64,000 bases of DNA, taken from assembly GCF_009914755.1 (NCBI RefSeq), contig NC_060928.1. One strand, 5' to 3'. A model generated the notes under the pieces. It had not been told where the DNA came from and made no database searches. It was given only the letters and a program-made list of their open reading frames with translations. This document shows positions 30,755-43,692 of this stretch, piece by piece (position 1 is the first letter of the stretch; every line of letters starts with the position of its first letter). The translations under genes and the position numbers were made by a program. This DNA is from the human T2T-CHM13v2.0 reference genome, Homo sapiens.

Positions 30755-32525
30755 TTTACTTTTTATTTTTTAATTTTTTTCCTCAACTTTTGAGTTCCCG
30801 GGTACATGTGCAGAATGTGCAGGTTTGTTACACGGGTAAACATGTGCCATGGTGGTTTGCTGCACAGATTATTCCGTCACCTAGATATTAAGCCCAGCAT
30901 CCATCAGCTATTCTTCCTGTTGCTCTCCCCAACCCCTACCCCCTGACAGGACCCAGTATGTGTTCTTCCCTGCAATGTGTCCATGTGTTCTCATTATTCA
31001 GCTCCCGCTTATAAGTGAGAACAGGTGGTGTTTGCTTTTCTGTTTCACATGAGTTTGCTGAGGATAACAGCTTCCAGCTCCATTCATGTTCCCTTCAAAG
31101 GACATAATCTCATTACTTTTTATGGCTGCATAGTATTCCAGTGTATATGTACCATATTTTTTTTATCCAGTCTATAATTGATGGGCATTTGGGTTGATTC
31201 CATGTCTTTGCATCTTATTTTGTCCAAGTTAAATGTCCAATTTATATTGTGAATAGTGCTGCGATGAACATACAGGTGCATATATATTTATAATAGAATG
31301 ATTTATATTCCTTTTGATATATACCCACTAATGAGATTGCTGGGTCAAATGGTATTTCTGCTTCTAGGTTTTTGAGGAATCACCATGCTGTCTTCCACAA
31401 TGGTTGAACTAGTTTACACTCCCACCAACAGTAAAAGCATTCCATTTCTTCCACAACCTTGCCAGCACCTGTTTTTTTTTTTTTTTTTTTTTTTTTTTGA
31501 CTTTTTATTAATAGTCATTCTGGCTGGTGTGAAATGGTATCTACTTGTGGTTTTAACTTACATTTATCTAATGATCAGTGATATTGAGCTTTTTTTCACG
31601 TGTTTGTTGACCACATGTATGTCTTCTTTTGAGAAATGTCTGTTCATGTCTTTTGACCACTTTTTAATGAAGTGGTTTGTTTTCTTCTTGTAAATTTGTT
31701 TAAGTTTCTTGTAGATTCTGGATATTAGATTTTGCCAGATGGTGATTACAAACATTTTCTCCCATTCTATAGGTGGTCTGTTCCTTTTGCTGTGCAGAAG
31801 CTCTTTAGTTCAATTAGATCCCATTTGTCAATTTTTGCTTTTGTTGCTATTGCTTTTGGCATTTTCATCATGAAATCTTTGCCCATGCCTATGTCCTGAA
31901 TGGTATTGCCTCGATTTTCTACTAGGGTTTTTATGGTTTGAGGTTTTACATTTCAGTCTTTAATCCGTCTTGAGTTAATTTTTGTATAAGGTGTAAGGAA
32001 GGGGTCAAATTTCAATTTTCTGCATATGGCTAGTCACTTCTCCCAGCACCATTTACTAAATAGAAAATTTTTTCCCCATTGCTTGTTTTTGTCAGAATTT
32101 TTGAAGATCGGATGGTTGTAGGTGTGTGGTCTTATTTCTGAGTTCTCTAGTCTGTTTCACTGATCTATGTGTTTGTTTTTCTACCAGTACCATGCTGTTT
32201 TGGTTACTGTAGGCTTGTAGAACAGTTTGAAGTTAGGTAGGGTGATGCCTCCATCTTTGTTCTTTTTGCTTACGGTTTTCTTGGCTATTCAGTCATTTTT
32301 TTGGTTCCATATGAATTAAAAAAATTTTTTTTTCTAATTCTGTGGAGAATATCAATGGTAGTTTAATGGGAATGGCATTAAATCTACAAATTACTTTGGG
32401 CAGTATGGTCTTTTTCACAACATTGATTCTTCCTATCCATGAGCATGAAATTTTTCCCATTTGTCTGTGTCCTGTTGGATTTCCTGGAGCAATGGTTTGC
32501 AATTCTCTTTGAAGAGGTCCTTCTC
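30755..32525 (-). mobile_element. 5'-truncated L1PA of middle age (about L1PA8-13)
   Basis: T tail, ggtacatgtgcagaatgtgcaggtttgttac; antisense ORF2 peptides [16 protein letters not shown] and [11 protein letters not shown]; 33-bp foreign insert at 31212-31244. Confidence 0.92.
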
Positions 32526-33749
32526 GACTTTTCAATCTTGTTAAATACCTAATGTATTTTTTCTCCTTTCTCCATCTCATTTTGTCCAGTTTAAATGTCA
32601 TTAAATTTCAAATATCCAATATGAAAGTGATGCTGTCTACCACAAAATAAAAAATATAACTGTTAAAGACACTAGGGATACAATAAGAATAAAATGCAAT
32701 TCTTGTCATTAAAGAAATCTTCTACCTTAGACAAAGGCATGCAAATGGGTAATTACATGTCAGATATGGTAAGTTGTGTAATAGTATATGATGGCACAAT
32801 GCACACGTGTTACGGCCGCATAAGCTACCTCACTGTAGGAACATAGTGAGATATATCTATAAACCTGTGATGACATTTGAAATGGTTCTTGATGGACAAA
32901 TATGAATTTGCCAGGTAAAGAGAAAGGCAAAGGACATTGCTGGAAAAACTGGCAAGGTAAGCTGAGGCAAGGGCAAGCGTAACGTGCTCAGAGATATGTG
33001 AGAATAAGTAGCAGAATAAGAATGTTTTAAAAAAGAGAGACATATTTGACTATTTAAGTGTATAAATATATATACTTCCATAATTATGCATATATAATGA
33101 GATAAAAATTTTGAAATGAACTTCTAGATGTATTACTGAATGAGAAAAGTTAAAAGTAGAAACATATATGCAATATAATTTTATTTGTGTAAGATTAAAG
33201 TGATATATGGCCATATATCCATATATGAATAGATGCATATATAAGAAAATAAAGGGTAGGATGCATGCATATCAGCGCAATAACTTTGATTGGACACAGA
33301 GGATAGAGAGTAAGAAAGCCACAATTAAAATAATGAGACTCATTACAAAATGTGTTTATGATAAGAGACACGTATAAAATAATTCCAAGTTCTTAAAAAT
33401 TAGAATAGTCATAAAAAGGTAATGATAATTTTCTCTTTATACTTTTAATAAATTAAAGAAAAAAATAAAATCTATTCTGTGCCGACTCAATACTTGAAAA
33501 ATACAGCTCATGAATATCTTAGAGGTTGGAAGTATTATTTCTTTACATCTGCTTATCTCTTTCTATGCAACCACTCAATAAAATCATTGAGAATATCTGT
33601 CATTTTTTGAGAACTGGCTAATTTTCAAGCTTTTATATAAGCAAAAAAACTCAATTAAGGACTTCTCTCTGTTTCTGCTTGATAAAATTAAACTGCTATT
33701 TACCTAGTCAAATTTTTGCATTTTCTACCAGTTAGTTTCTTTACTTTAA

Positions 33750-34075
33750 AAAAAATCAAATTTATTTTAGATACAGGGAGTACATATGCAGATTTGTTAC
33801 GTGGGAATATTGCATGATGCTGAGGTTTGGAACATGAATCCAGTCTCCCTGGTAGTGAGCATAGAACCCAGTAGGTAGTTTTTTAGGCCACCCACCATCT
33901 GGTAGTCTACAGGGTCTGTTGTTCCCATATTTATGTGCATGTATGCTTAATGCTTAGCTCCCGCTTATATGTGAAAATATGCAGTGTTTGTTCTCTGTTC
34001 TGGCATTAATCTGCTTAGGATTATGGCCTCCAGCTCCATCCATTTGTTGCTGCAAAGACATGATTTGATATTTCT
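33750..34075 (-). mobile_element. L1PA15/16-like 3' end fragment
   Basis: ttttagatacagggagtacatatgcagatttgttacgtgggaatattgcatgatgctgaggtttgg. Confidence 0.8.
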
Positions 34076-35177
34076 TTACATTTCTACAAGCTTGATCTAT
34101 CCTCAACTCACTTAGTGTCTTTCCGTTGTGATTACAAAATGCATCATGACTCTTCCTATAAAAATGAGAAAGGTTTTCATAACTGGTCATTTTATTTGCA
34201 TTGACTTATTTGATTGACCATTGAAAAATGAACTAAAGCTTGTTTACACTGAGGTGTTATCTCCAACAGAAATATGCATTTTGTCTCCTCTAAGTTAACT
34301 GCATTTCAGAGATCTGAATTAGATCAGAAGACTTTGTAATTGAATGGGAAGAATTCATCTGCATTGTTTTTATCTGGTGTCTACCATCTGGTACTTGAAT
34401 GCAAAATATGTAAAGATAAATGACAAAAGTTTTATGGATTTTACTTGTTATTTGTTTTAGCTGTGCTGTACTCAAATTTTGATAAATTATGTTTTAGTTG
34501 CATTTTTATTATGTTGTAGAGATGACAAAGATCACTGTGTACACACAAAGAGTTCAAATGGTTTTGAGAAGATTGCTTTCCACATGGTACAAAATAAAGA
34601 AAAAATTGTCACTATTTGGTTAACATGACTGAGAACCCAGGTACATATTCTAGGCTTTATTTATACTTCTGCTTGAGTTCTTACCAGGGATGTCACTGGC
34701 TCATATAGTATCTGTATCTGGATTTAAAAAGCATGTCACATCTGGGCTGCTGCACAGCTTTTGCAGATATGCCAAATATGTACAGCACTGCTACCTCTTT
34801 CAGGTTGATGCTACCCTCTGTTCAGGACCAAAGCTTGGTGTTGTTCATTGATCAACCTGTACACAACCACCCAGAGACCACTCTTGGCATTTTTGACAGT
34901 CTAGTAATCAAATGTCCTCTCTCGCTTTTATTATTTCCCCATATACACATTTGTAGGTATTAACCAAATAAAATAAACAAAAAAGTTGTTCGTGTTTCTT
35001 TTTTATTGGAGAATTTTTTTAAAAGAACTGTAATAGGTAACAAGATATGCTAGGGTTTACAGAAAAAGAAAACTTCTGGCACAGTGAAATTTTTTTTTCA
35101 AAGTGTTAGTTGACCTCACTTCTAAATCCAGTGCCCGCCCTCCACAAAAAAGTTACAGTATGTGTATTGTTAGGAAG

Positions 35178-36700
35178 TGTTTTTATTGATACATAATAGT
35201 TGATCCATAAAATGTATGGGATACATGTCATATTTTGATATATGCATACAATGTGTTATGATCAAATCAAGGTAACTAGCATACCCAACACCTCTAACAT
35301 TTACTATTGCATAGAGTTAATGATAATTTTCATTTTACATTTTTAGTAAATTAACAAATTAAAGAAAACATTCCAAATCTTTTATCATAGCTATTTAGAA
35401 ATATACTATATTATTGTAAAATGTAATCACCCTATTTTGCTAACAAACACTACAATTCATTTTTTTATCTTAACTGTATTTTTGTACCTATTAACCAAAT
35501 TTTATTCATCCCCTCCTTCCCCTACCTTTCCTAGCCTCTGGTTACCACCATTACCTTCATAATATCAATTTTTTAAGCTTCCACATATAAGTAAGAACAT
35601 GCAATATTTGTTTTTCTGTAACTGGCTTATTTCATGGACCATAATGTCTTCCAGTTCAATCCCTGATGCTGCAAAATTACAAGATTTCATTCTTTTTTAT
35701 GGCTAAATAATATTTCACTCTGTATTTACAGCACATTTTCTTTATCCATTCATCCACTGATAGACACTTAGGTTGATTCCATATCTTGAATATCGTGACT
35801 AAGGCTGCTATAGAATGTGAGTGCAGGTATCTGTTCAATATGCTGATTTCTTTCCTTTTGAATATCCAGCAGTGAGATTGCTTGATCATATGGTCATTCA
35901 ACTTTCAGTTTTTGAGGAAGCTCCATACTGTTTTATAGTTGCTCTACTAATTTGCATTTCTAACAACAGTGTATGACTATTACCCTTTCTCCTCATCCTT
36001 GCTAGCATCTATTATTTTCAGTGTTTTGAAAACAACCATTTTAACTGGGGTGAGATAATTTTTCATTGTGGTTTTGATTTGCATTTCTCTGATTATCAGT
36101 GATATTGAGCATTTTCATATACCTGTTGGTCACATGTATGTCTTCCTGTTTTGAGAACACTTACCCATTTTTAATTGGATTTTTTGTTGTTGTTTGAGTT
36201 TCTTATATAATCTGGTCATGAATTCCTTGTCAGATGAGTAATTTACAAACATTTTGTTCTATTCTGTAGGTCATCTCTTCACTTTGCTGATTGTTTCCTT
36301 TGTGTGCAGAAGCTTTTCAGCTTGACATAATCCCATTTGTCAAGGTTTTACTTTTGCTGCTAGTGCTTTTGAAGTCTTGCTCAAGAAATCTTTGCCTAGA
36401 AAAATGTCCTTTTCCCCCAATGTTTTCTTCCAATAGTTTCATAGTTTCAGGTCTTACACTAAAGTACATAATCCATTTTGATTTTATTTTTATATGCGGT
36501 GAGAAATAAAAGCCTCATTTCATTCTTCTGCATGTAGATATCCGGTGTTCCCAGCACCATTTGTTAGACTGTCCTTTCCCACATGTGTATTCTTGTTGTC
36601 TTTATCAAAAGTAAGCTGGCCATAAATACATGGATTTATTTCTGGTTTTTCTATTCTGTTCTGTTAGTCTATGTTTCTGCTTTTATGCTGGTACTATGCT
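35178..36700 (-). mobile_element. L1MA-type element, 3' 1.5 kb
   Basis: ttttattgatacataatagttg...tatgcatacaatgtgttatgatcaaatcaaggtaactagcatacc; antisense ORF2 peptide IWNQPKCLSVDEWIKKM. Confidence 0.88.
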
Positions 36701-36789
36701 GATATTTTAAACTGATATTCTAAAACATTTCCTAGCTCATGGAAGCTGTAACTTCCCCCATCACTTTTTGGTTCAGAGGAAAAGCCACA

Positions 36790-36952
36790 CCACCACCTGT
36801 GCCCCCAAGTCTGGCTAATTTTTATATTTTCCGTAGAGACAGGGTTTCACCATGTTGGTCAGGCTGGTCTCGAACTCCTGGATTCAAGCAATCTGCCCAC
36901 CTTGGCCTCTTAAAGTGCTGGGATCCAAACTGCTGAGCGACCATGCCCTGCC
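36790..36952 (-). mobile_element. Alu left-arm fragment
   Basis: ctggctaatttttatat...gtagagacagggtttcaccatgttggtcaggctgg...; right arm and tail missing. Confidence 0.85.
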
Positions 36953-37759
36953 ACCATCTCACATTTATCTAATGATAACTTGAGAAAACAGTATGTTGAG
37001 TTCTTAAAAGTGATCAATTAATGTTAAAGTATAATAATTAAGGGGAATGGGAACAATAAAATAGGTGCCTTTTTATTTGGTATTAAGTGCCTTCAGAATT
37101 ATTTTAAATTGAAATTCTTCATTTACCATTTGCTACAAGAAGGGAAGTATTTGAGTTTTAGCTTACAGATCACATGTGCTCTAATTAGTGTTTATCTTAA
37201 TAAATCAAACACTAAAACCCTCTGAATTTGGTAAATGAGAATTTCTATGCAGAGAGAAATAGGTAGACTTTAGATTTTTCTTATTCCCTCAGATTTACTT
37301 TACTTCACAGAATCAGTTATAAATCCAGCACCTTTATATGACATCTATGGTGCAACAAGGATCAGATTGGAACATTTTTAAAAATTGTCCCCTTAATGTT
37401 AGTTTTCTTCTCCCTGAGAAGAATCATAACCTTCTAGTAAATTTAGGAGAGTAATTTCATTTCAACTTCAATCCCAAGTTGCTCACTGAGCTGTATATTT
37501 CTTCCCTGTCTATTATGTTCCCCCACAAACTTTGAGAGTGTGGAAAAGGAGTGAGTGCAAAGAAGACCTCAACTCATTCTATGGCTTCAGTCTTGCGTTC
37601 ATCAAACCATCACCTCAGAAAGCTGGAAAGGTAACTTATTCTTTGCTGAAGAGCTAGAAAAACTAAAGAATACTATAAACATGAGAGAAGGCATTTCAAT
37701 TGAGCACTAATAGTATTTTATATTTTACCATCTATAGCAGAACTATTCAAAGACAGCTT

Positions 37760-37900
37760 TTTCTTTTTTTCTTTTTTTATTTTTATTTTATTTTTTTGAG
37801 ATGGGTCTCACTATGTTACCCAGGCTGGTCTTGAACTCAACCTCAAGCAATCCCCCTGCCTTGGCCTCCCAAAGTGCTGGGATTGCCACCACATCCTGCC
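37760..37900 (-). mobile_element. Alu monomer (FLAM-like) with TSD
   Basis: T-rich tail, gagatgggtctcactatgttacccaggctgg; TSD aaagacagctt at 37749-37759 and 37901-37911. Confidence 0.88.
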
Positions 37901-38934
37901 AAAGACAGCTTCTTATTTTTTTTTTTTTCGGACAGCCCAGTGTCTAGATAAATTACAAATCCTTATCCAAAATCTGTGATCCAAAATTCATTAAAAACCA
38001 AGTTTTTTTATATTATTTGTACTTTGATAAATGATGGAAGTGGATGGGGAAGCTATTTATAGTCTTTATTTATACAAGTTTGCATGCATATTCATACACT
38101 TCAGTACATAAATATTTATAGAGTTGATTGTAGAGTGCTCCCCTAAACCAAACTGGATATGTTAAACACTATATGGTGTATCGATATGTGTTGTTCCAAA
38201 AATCTGATACATCCTGAATTGCAAAATGAATCTGATCTCAAGGTTTTCTAACCCCAAGGCATCAGGGACACACACACAACCCTTTCTCCCCCAGAAATAT
38301 CCTACACTGACTACTATTTTTAACATTTTTATTTATATTTTGATAACACTTTTGCTGAACCATTGATTTTTGCACACTGCTGAGAAATATATGTAACCAA
38401 ATCTGATTTACTCATTTGTGAATAGCGTTTGGGGACAACAGTAGGCTATCACATAGTGGCCTTGATATTTAAAGTCCTACAGGATGAGACAATGCCAGAT
38501 AGTGAGGAGCAAAAGATGAGGAAGCCTTGTCATCATGAAATCTACACAATACTAGTTACATAGAAGATCTGAAATTGCGGTTTCTTTTGAGGCTCGCTAG
38601 CAACAAAAATCGCAGCTGTGGTTCTGTACTATATAATGAGTTCGGCTAATAACCATTGGGTCAGACATGCATCTGCATTTCATCCAAAGGCTGACGTTAA
38701 TTTTCAGTGATAGTCCACTGTAAAGTAAAAGAGAGAAGAGTTGCATTTTTCCAACTGTCCCATAATTTGCAATTACCACCAACTGTTTTAAAATTGCTGC
38801 TTAAGAGCTCACTTAAAAGTCAGGCTCCTACCCAGTTATAGAACTGGGTGGGATGATTGCTGGAATGGGTTTGTTAACTCTTCCAGTTAATAAAACACAA
38901 TGTTTTATTAAAGGTTGTATGGTAAAAAGCAAAT

Positions 38935-39130
38935 CACTACCACCTGTCAACTGAGTGACCTTGGACACGTTATCAAATCGCTTTAGTACTTCCATCTCTT
39001 ATATGTAAAATTAGGATAAATATACCTTTCCTATGAAATATAAGAAATTAGTATAAAGACAATATAAATATAATTTATATGCAAAATATATTGCACAGAA
39101 TAGGAGCTTACTCAAACAAGTTAATATTAT
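38935..39130 (+). mobile_element. MIR SINE
   Basis: ctgagtgaccttggacacgttatcaaatc...ccatctcttatatgtaaaattaggataa (MIR core). Confidence 0.65.
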
Positions 39131-40191
39131 GATTCTTAATCATTATTTATTATTATTTTACTTATAACCCATGATTTTTTCATCAAATTAAAATAAAGAT
39201 AAAATTAGAGATGGTCATGAAAACTTATTTCATGAAAAAAATTATGTTTAAGTTAATCTTTATTTGTGTCCTAAAGGTTTATTGTCCAGTTTCAATTTTA
39301 ATGAATATTGTTTAAAGCTGAAATTTTTCTTTAGTCTCATTACTCTAGTACTGTAAGATAACAAATTTGGGTTGTTTAATCTGCTAGATTTGTGTGTATG
39401 GTAATTTCTAACAACATACATAAACACAAAATAGAAGATCTTGATCTGATTTATAGGCCCCTCAAAATTTTAATATTCTCTTTTAGAGAGAAGAGAATCA
39501 TTTTGTTTGGCAAGATGTCTTATTATTTGCATAAGTGTTTATTTACTTAATCAATTCACATGACCCAAATAAGTGTTTGCACTTCAAATAGTTAATACGT
39601 GTCATATCTACTGGTACATTGAACTCAAAAGAAAGACTCAATGATAGAGAAGTATTACGTGAATTGCATAATGTTTAGGCTACCAAATTTTAGTGTCCAT
39701 ACTCTTCTGTTAAATATTTGAAATTTAGATTTTGTAAGCCCTAATAAAAGAATAGCAGATACTGATGGGAATTGGAGATGAGGTGAGTTTGTCTGGATGG
39801 CCTTAGTTCTAGTATAAGATTTGGTGAATTTTTTCAAAAGTGACATAAATTATATTTCTCAGAAATAATAAAATTAATTAATTGACTTATGATCTTTTTC
39901 AGGTTTATTCTTTAAAAGAATAAGTGTATGGTATAATATTTAAATCAGTACGAGAAGCTGTGTAATGAAGACTGAATGACCAGGTTATCACCTTGGGGAG
40001 ATAGATCAGTGATAACACAAAATAAGTCATTGAAACAACTGAATAAGAAATCTCATTAAATTAATATGATTAATTAATATAGATTAAAATATATTATGTG
40101 AATAACTGCTGCTAGAAATGAAATGAAACTATTGATCATTAAACAATGATGTCAATTATTTATACTTGATTTTGCAACTAATGACAACTAA

Positions 40192-40604
<413 letters not shown>

Positions 40605-40629
40605 TGTGTTTCTAAAATAAGTTCGTAAC

Positions 40630-41229
40630 TGTGAATTTTGAGAGAACTGTCCGCACAAGACCACCCTTACTTCTGACACCAGCTTCAAGTTTGGTGACTT
40701 CTCAAATCCACTGTTGGGTTGAAAAATTTACTAGAAAGACTCACAAAACCCCTGAAAGCTGCTGTACCCGGGCTTATGTTTCGGAAATCAGATTAATACC
40801 AGTCAAGTGAGGAAGCACATAGGCAGAATCCAGGAAAAGCTCCAAACATAAACCTCCCACGCTCCTTCCCTATTAGAGTCGTGGACAACGTTCCTTTCCT
40901 GGCAGTGATGTGACAACACACATGAGGGTAGTGACAGCCCTGGAAACTGACCCAAATCTTGCTCTCCAAAGTCTTCATTGAGGCTCAAACACTTTGGCAC
41001 AGTTAACTACCCACAAGACTGGTCTCCGTTTCCTTCCCCTCCGAGGTCCAGCTGATACTGCTTCACAGGACCACATCCTAAATCACAGTGTTAGCCTCTT
41101 GCTGGTAGAAAGTCTTCAGGCAAACAAAAGTTCTCTTATCAGGCATGACGTTCCAAGGGCTTAGACATTACCTACCAAAAGTTGAGGACAAAAAACATCT
41201 CATTATTGTCAAATTAAATTATTTACTAC
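40630..41229 (-). mobile_element. LTR element (MER21-like)
   Basis: caagaccacccttacttctgacaccagcttcaagtttgg...actagaaagactcaca...ttaaattatttactaca. Confidence 0.7.
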
Positions 41230-42161
41230 ATATTTTGTAATATATATATTAAATTTACTTATCACACTTATATTTCACAGTGTACACGTTACGACAAATT
41301 ATTAGGTACTAAGCAAACCACTACTCCGGTTAAAAAATAGAACATTGCCAGCACACTAGACACCCCATTGTCACCCTCTAAAGAGCACCCTTGCTCTTCT
41401 CCCCAAAGAACCCGTGGCCTATATGATTAAAGAAAACTTTAAAGCTACGTTTGCATATTTGTTTCTTCTGGAAATCCAATCATATACCATTAATTATAGC
41501 TCAAAAATGTTGAAAAAAGCTACAATTGTTGGAAATAATAGAAATTTTAAAAAGTCAAAATGTATTCTGAAGTTAGCTGAAATGACTCCAAATTATTGTA
41601 AATTTTAAATAAGGTAGGAGATGTACTTTCTATTTTATATATTGAATTGCTTTCTGATATCATTTCAGATATCTAATTTTCAGAAATCTAGTTACTTTGA
41701 GATAGTAAGCAATGTTTTTTACTAATAAATATGTCAAATGAAAACACAAGGTCTCACAAAAGAAAACAGTATTTGTAATAATCATCTAAATAATTGTTTT
41801 TACACTGACAATCCAAAGTCTGAGAAGTGTTTCCTGCCTACATCAAGCTTCCAATAGCACATTTCTGTAATAAAAATATCACATTTTTCTTATAAAATAT
41901 CTCTAAATGTGATATTTGTTTTATAGGGTTATCATTTTCCAGAAATAGTTATGTATAAAAATATTTAAATGCTCAGAATCAAATGAAAGAAAATAGAGAA
42001 TTTTAATTGGAAAATGAAGGAATAAGATCCTTTGTAAGACATCTAGCCAGGAATAAGACATATCAAGTATACTAAGAAGATTAATTATTCAGCAAATATG
42101 TTGAACCAAGCTAATTTTCCAGGAAGAGTTAATCTAATTCCGGTTTTGGCAAAAAGGTGTG

Positions 42162-42560
42162 TGTCAAGAACTCTGAAGGTTCTGAAATGCTATGTTACTT
42201 TAAAACTAACAAGTCGGACTGTCACAGTTTCGTAGGTGCTGGCAGAAGGAATGAGACTCCGAGGTCAAAGATAAAGAACTTTATTACTTACAGCACAGCA
42301 GACAGCAGGAGCTCGTGTTCATATTGTTTTTTCATTGCCCCCAAAGTCTCTTGGAGAAGATACAGGGGCAGCCCTGTAGATGCTCTATGGGCATTGATTT
42401 TGTGTCATTGCTGAGGAAACTTGAATTAAGGAAATCTTTTTTTTTTTTTTTTTTTTTAAAGAAGGTTGCTAGTCCCCCTGTCCTGCCATTGCCCTGGCTA
42501 TTTCCTATACAATCATCTTTGGAAAGATAATCTGGATCAAAAGAAGTGAAGAAATTTCAT
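42162..42560 (-). mobile_element. ERVL-type LTR fragment (LTR47-like, subfamily unsure)
   Basis: tgtcaagaactctgaaggttctgaaat...gctggcagaaggaatgagactcc...aaagaactttattacttacagc. Confidence 0.55.
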
Positions 42561-43009
42561 GGTAAATTGTCACTCAAAGGTATGGAGCATAGCGATTTTT
42601 CAGTTTGAAAACCACAAAATTAGCGTGATTTACTATCTTACTGAAAGATAATAAATTATTTACAAGCCAAGAATAAAAGTTAAGACGTTTTGATAATTTC
42701 TAAAAACATTATTATAAATAAATGATAGAAACTATTGACAGAAACTATTCAATTCATAGAAAGTGTTGATATAAATTATTTTTGTAAACCAAATACATTT
42801 TCACATTATTATGGCTACTGAAGAATAACACATAAGTTTAAATAACTTTGTTATGACATCATCGAATACCTATACTTTTCCTCTAACCAAAATCTTTAGT
42901 GATACTTCTGGTGATATTTTGCACTTAAGATATATATGCAGTTTGCTAAAAAAAAAAAAAATCAAGAGCCTCACCAGCTAGCCAAAGTTAATACATGTAT
43001 GTATACATA

Positions 43010-43013
<4 letters not shown>

Positions 43014-43048
<35 letters not shown>
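43014..43048. repeat. (CA)n microsatellite
   Basis: About 17 uninterrupted CA units. Confidence 0.97.
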
Positions 43049-43051
<3 letters not shown>

Positions 43052-43337
43052 TACACATACACATATAATCTACAGATTGGGGAAGTGATAAACACATTTT
43101 ACTTAAGTGCATTTTTTTTTTTAGTTACTGAATAAGGGTAAAACTAGAGAAAACTTTTTTCATGAAGTATTTTTTAAATAATTTAAATGGTAGCATATTT
43201 AAAGTAGAGGCATCTCATTAAGTGGTAAGATATTGCTGTGTTATAAATACATAATTTACATTCTAATTAAAACAATCTTCAATTTCGTCTAAGGGCACTG
43301 AGTCACATGTCACTGTCATATTGTTATCATTCTAAAT

Positions 43338-43692
43338 TAGGGGCTGGCAAATCACAACCCACAGCCTGAATCTAGCCTGGCACCTATTTTTGTGAACTCC
43401 AAAATGAAGAACACTTTTTATAGTTTGAAGGCTCAAAATAAAAACACTATTTGATGGCATACAAAAACTATAGGAAATTCAAATGTCAATGTCCATGTTT
43501 TATAGGAACACAGCCCTGGTTTTTCGTTTGTCTCTTTGGGTTAGGGGTGGGGTTCATTGTTTTTCGTAGTGTCTATAGCTGCTGTGCATGATAGTCAATG
43601 GCCATCTTGAATAGCTGTGACAGAAACATGTGGCCCTCACAGCTAAAGTGTTCACAACTTGAATCTTTACAAAAGAAGTTTGTCTATCGTAG
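43338..43692 (+). mobile_element. hAT-Charlie DNA transposon relic (MER58B-like)
   Basis: taggggctggcaaatcacaacccacagcctgaatctagcctggcacctatttttgt ... atctttacaaaagaagtttgtc. Confidence 0.75.
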
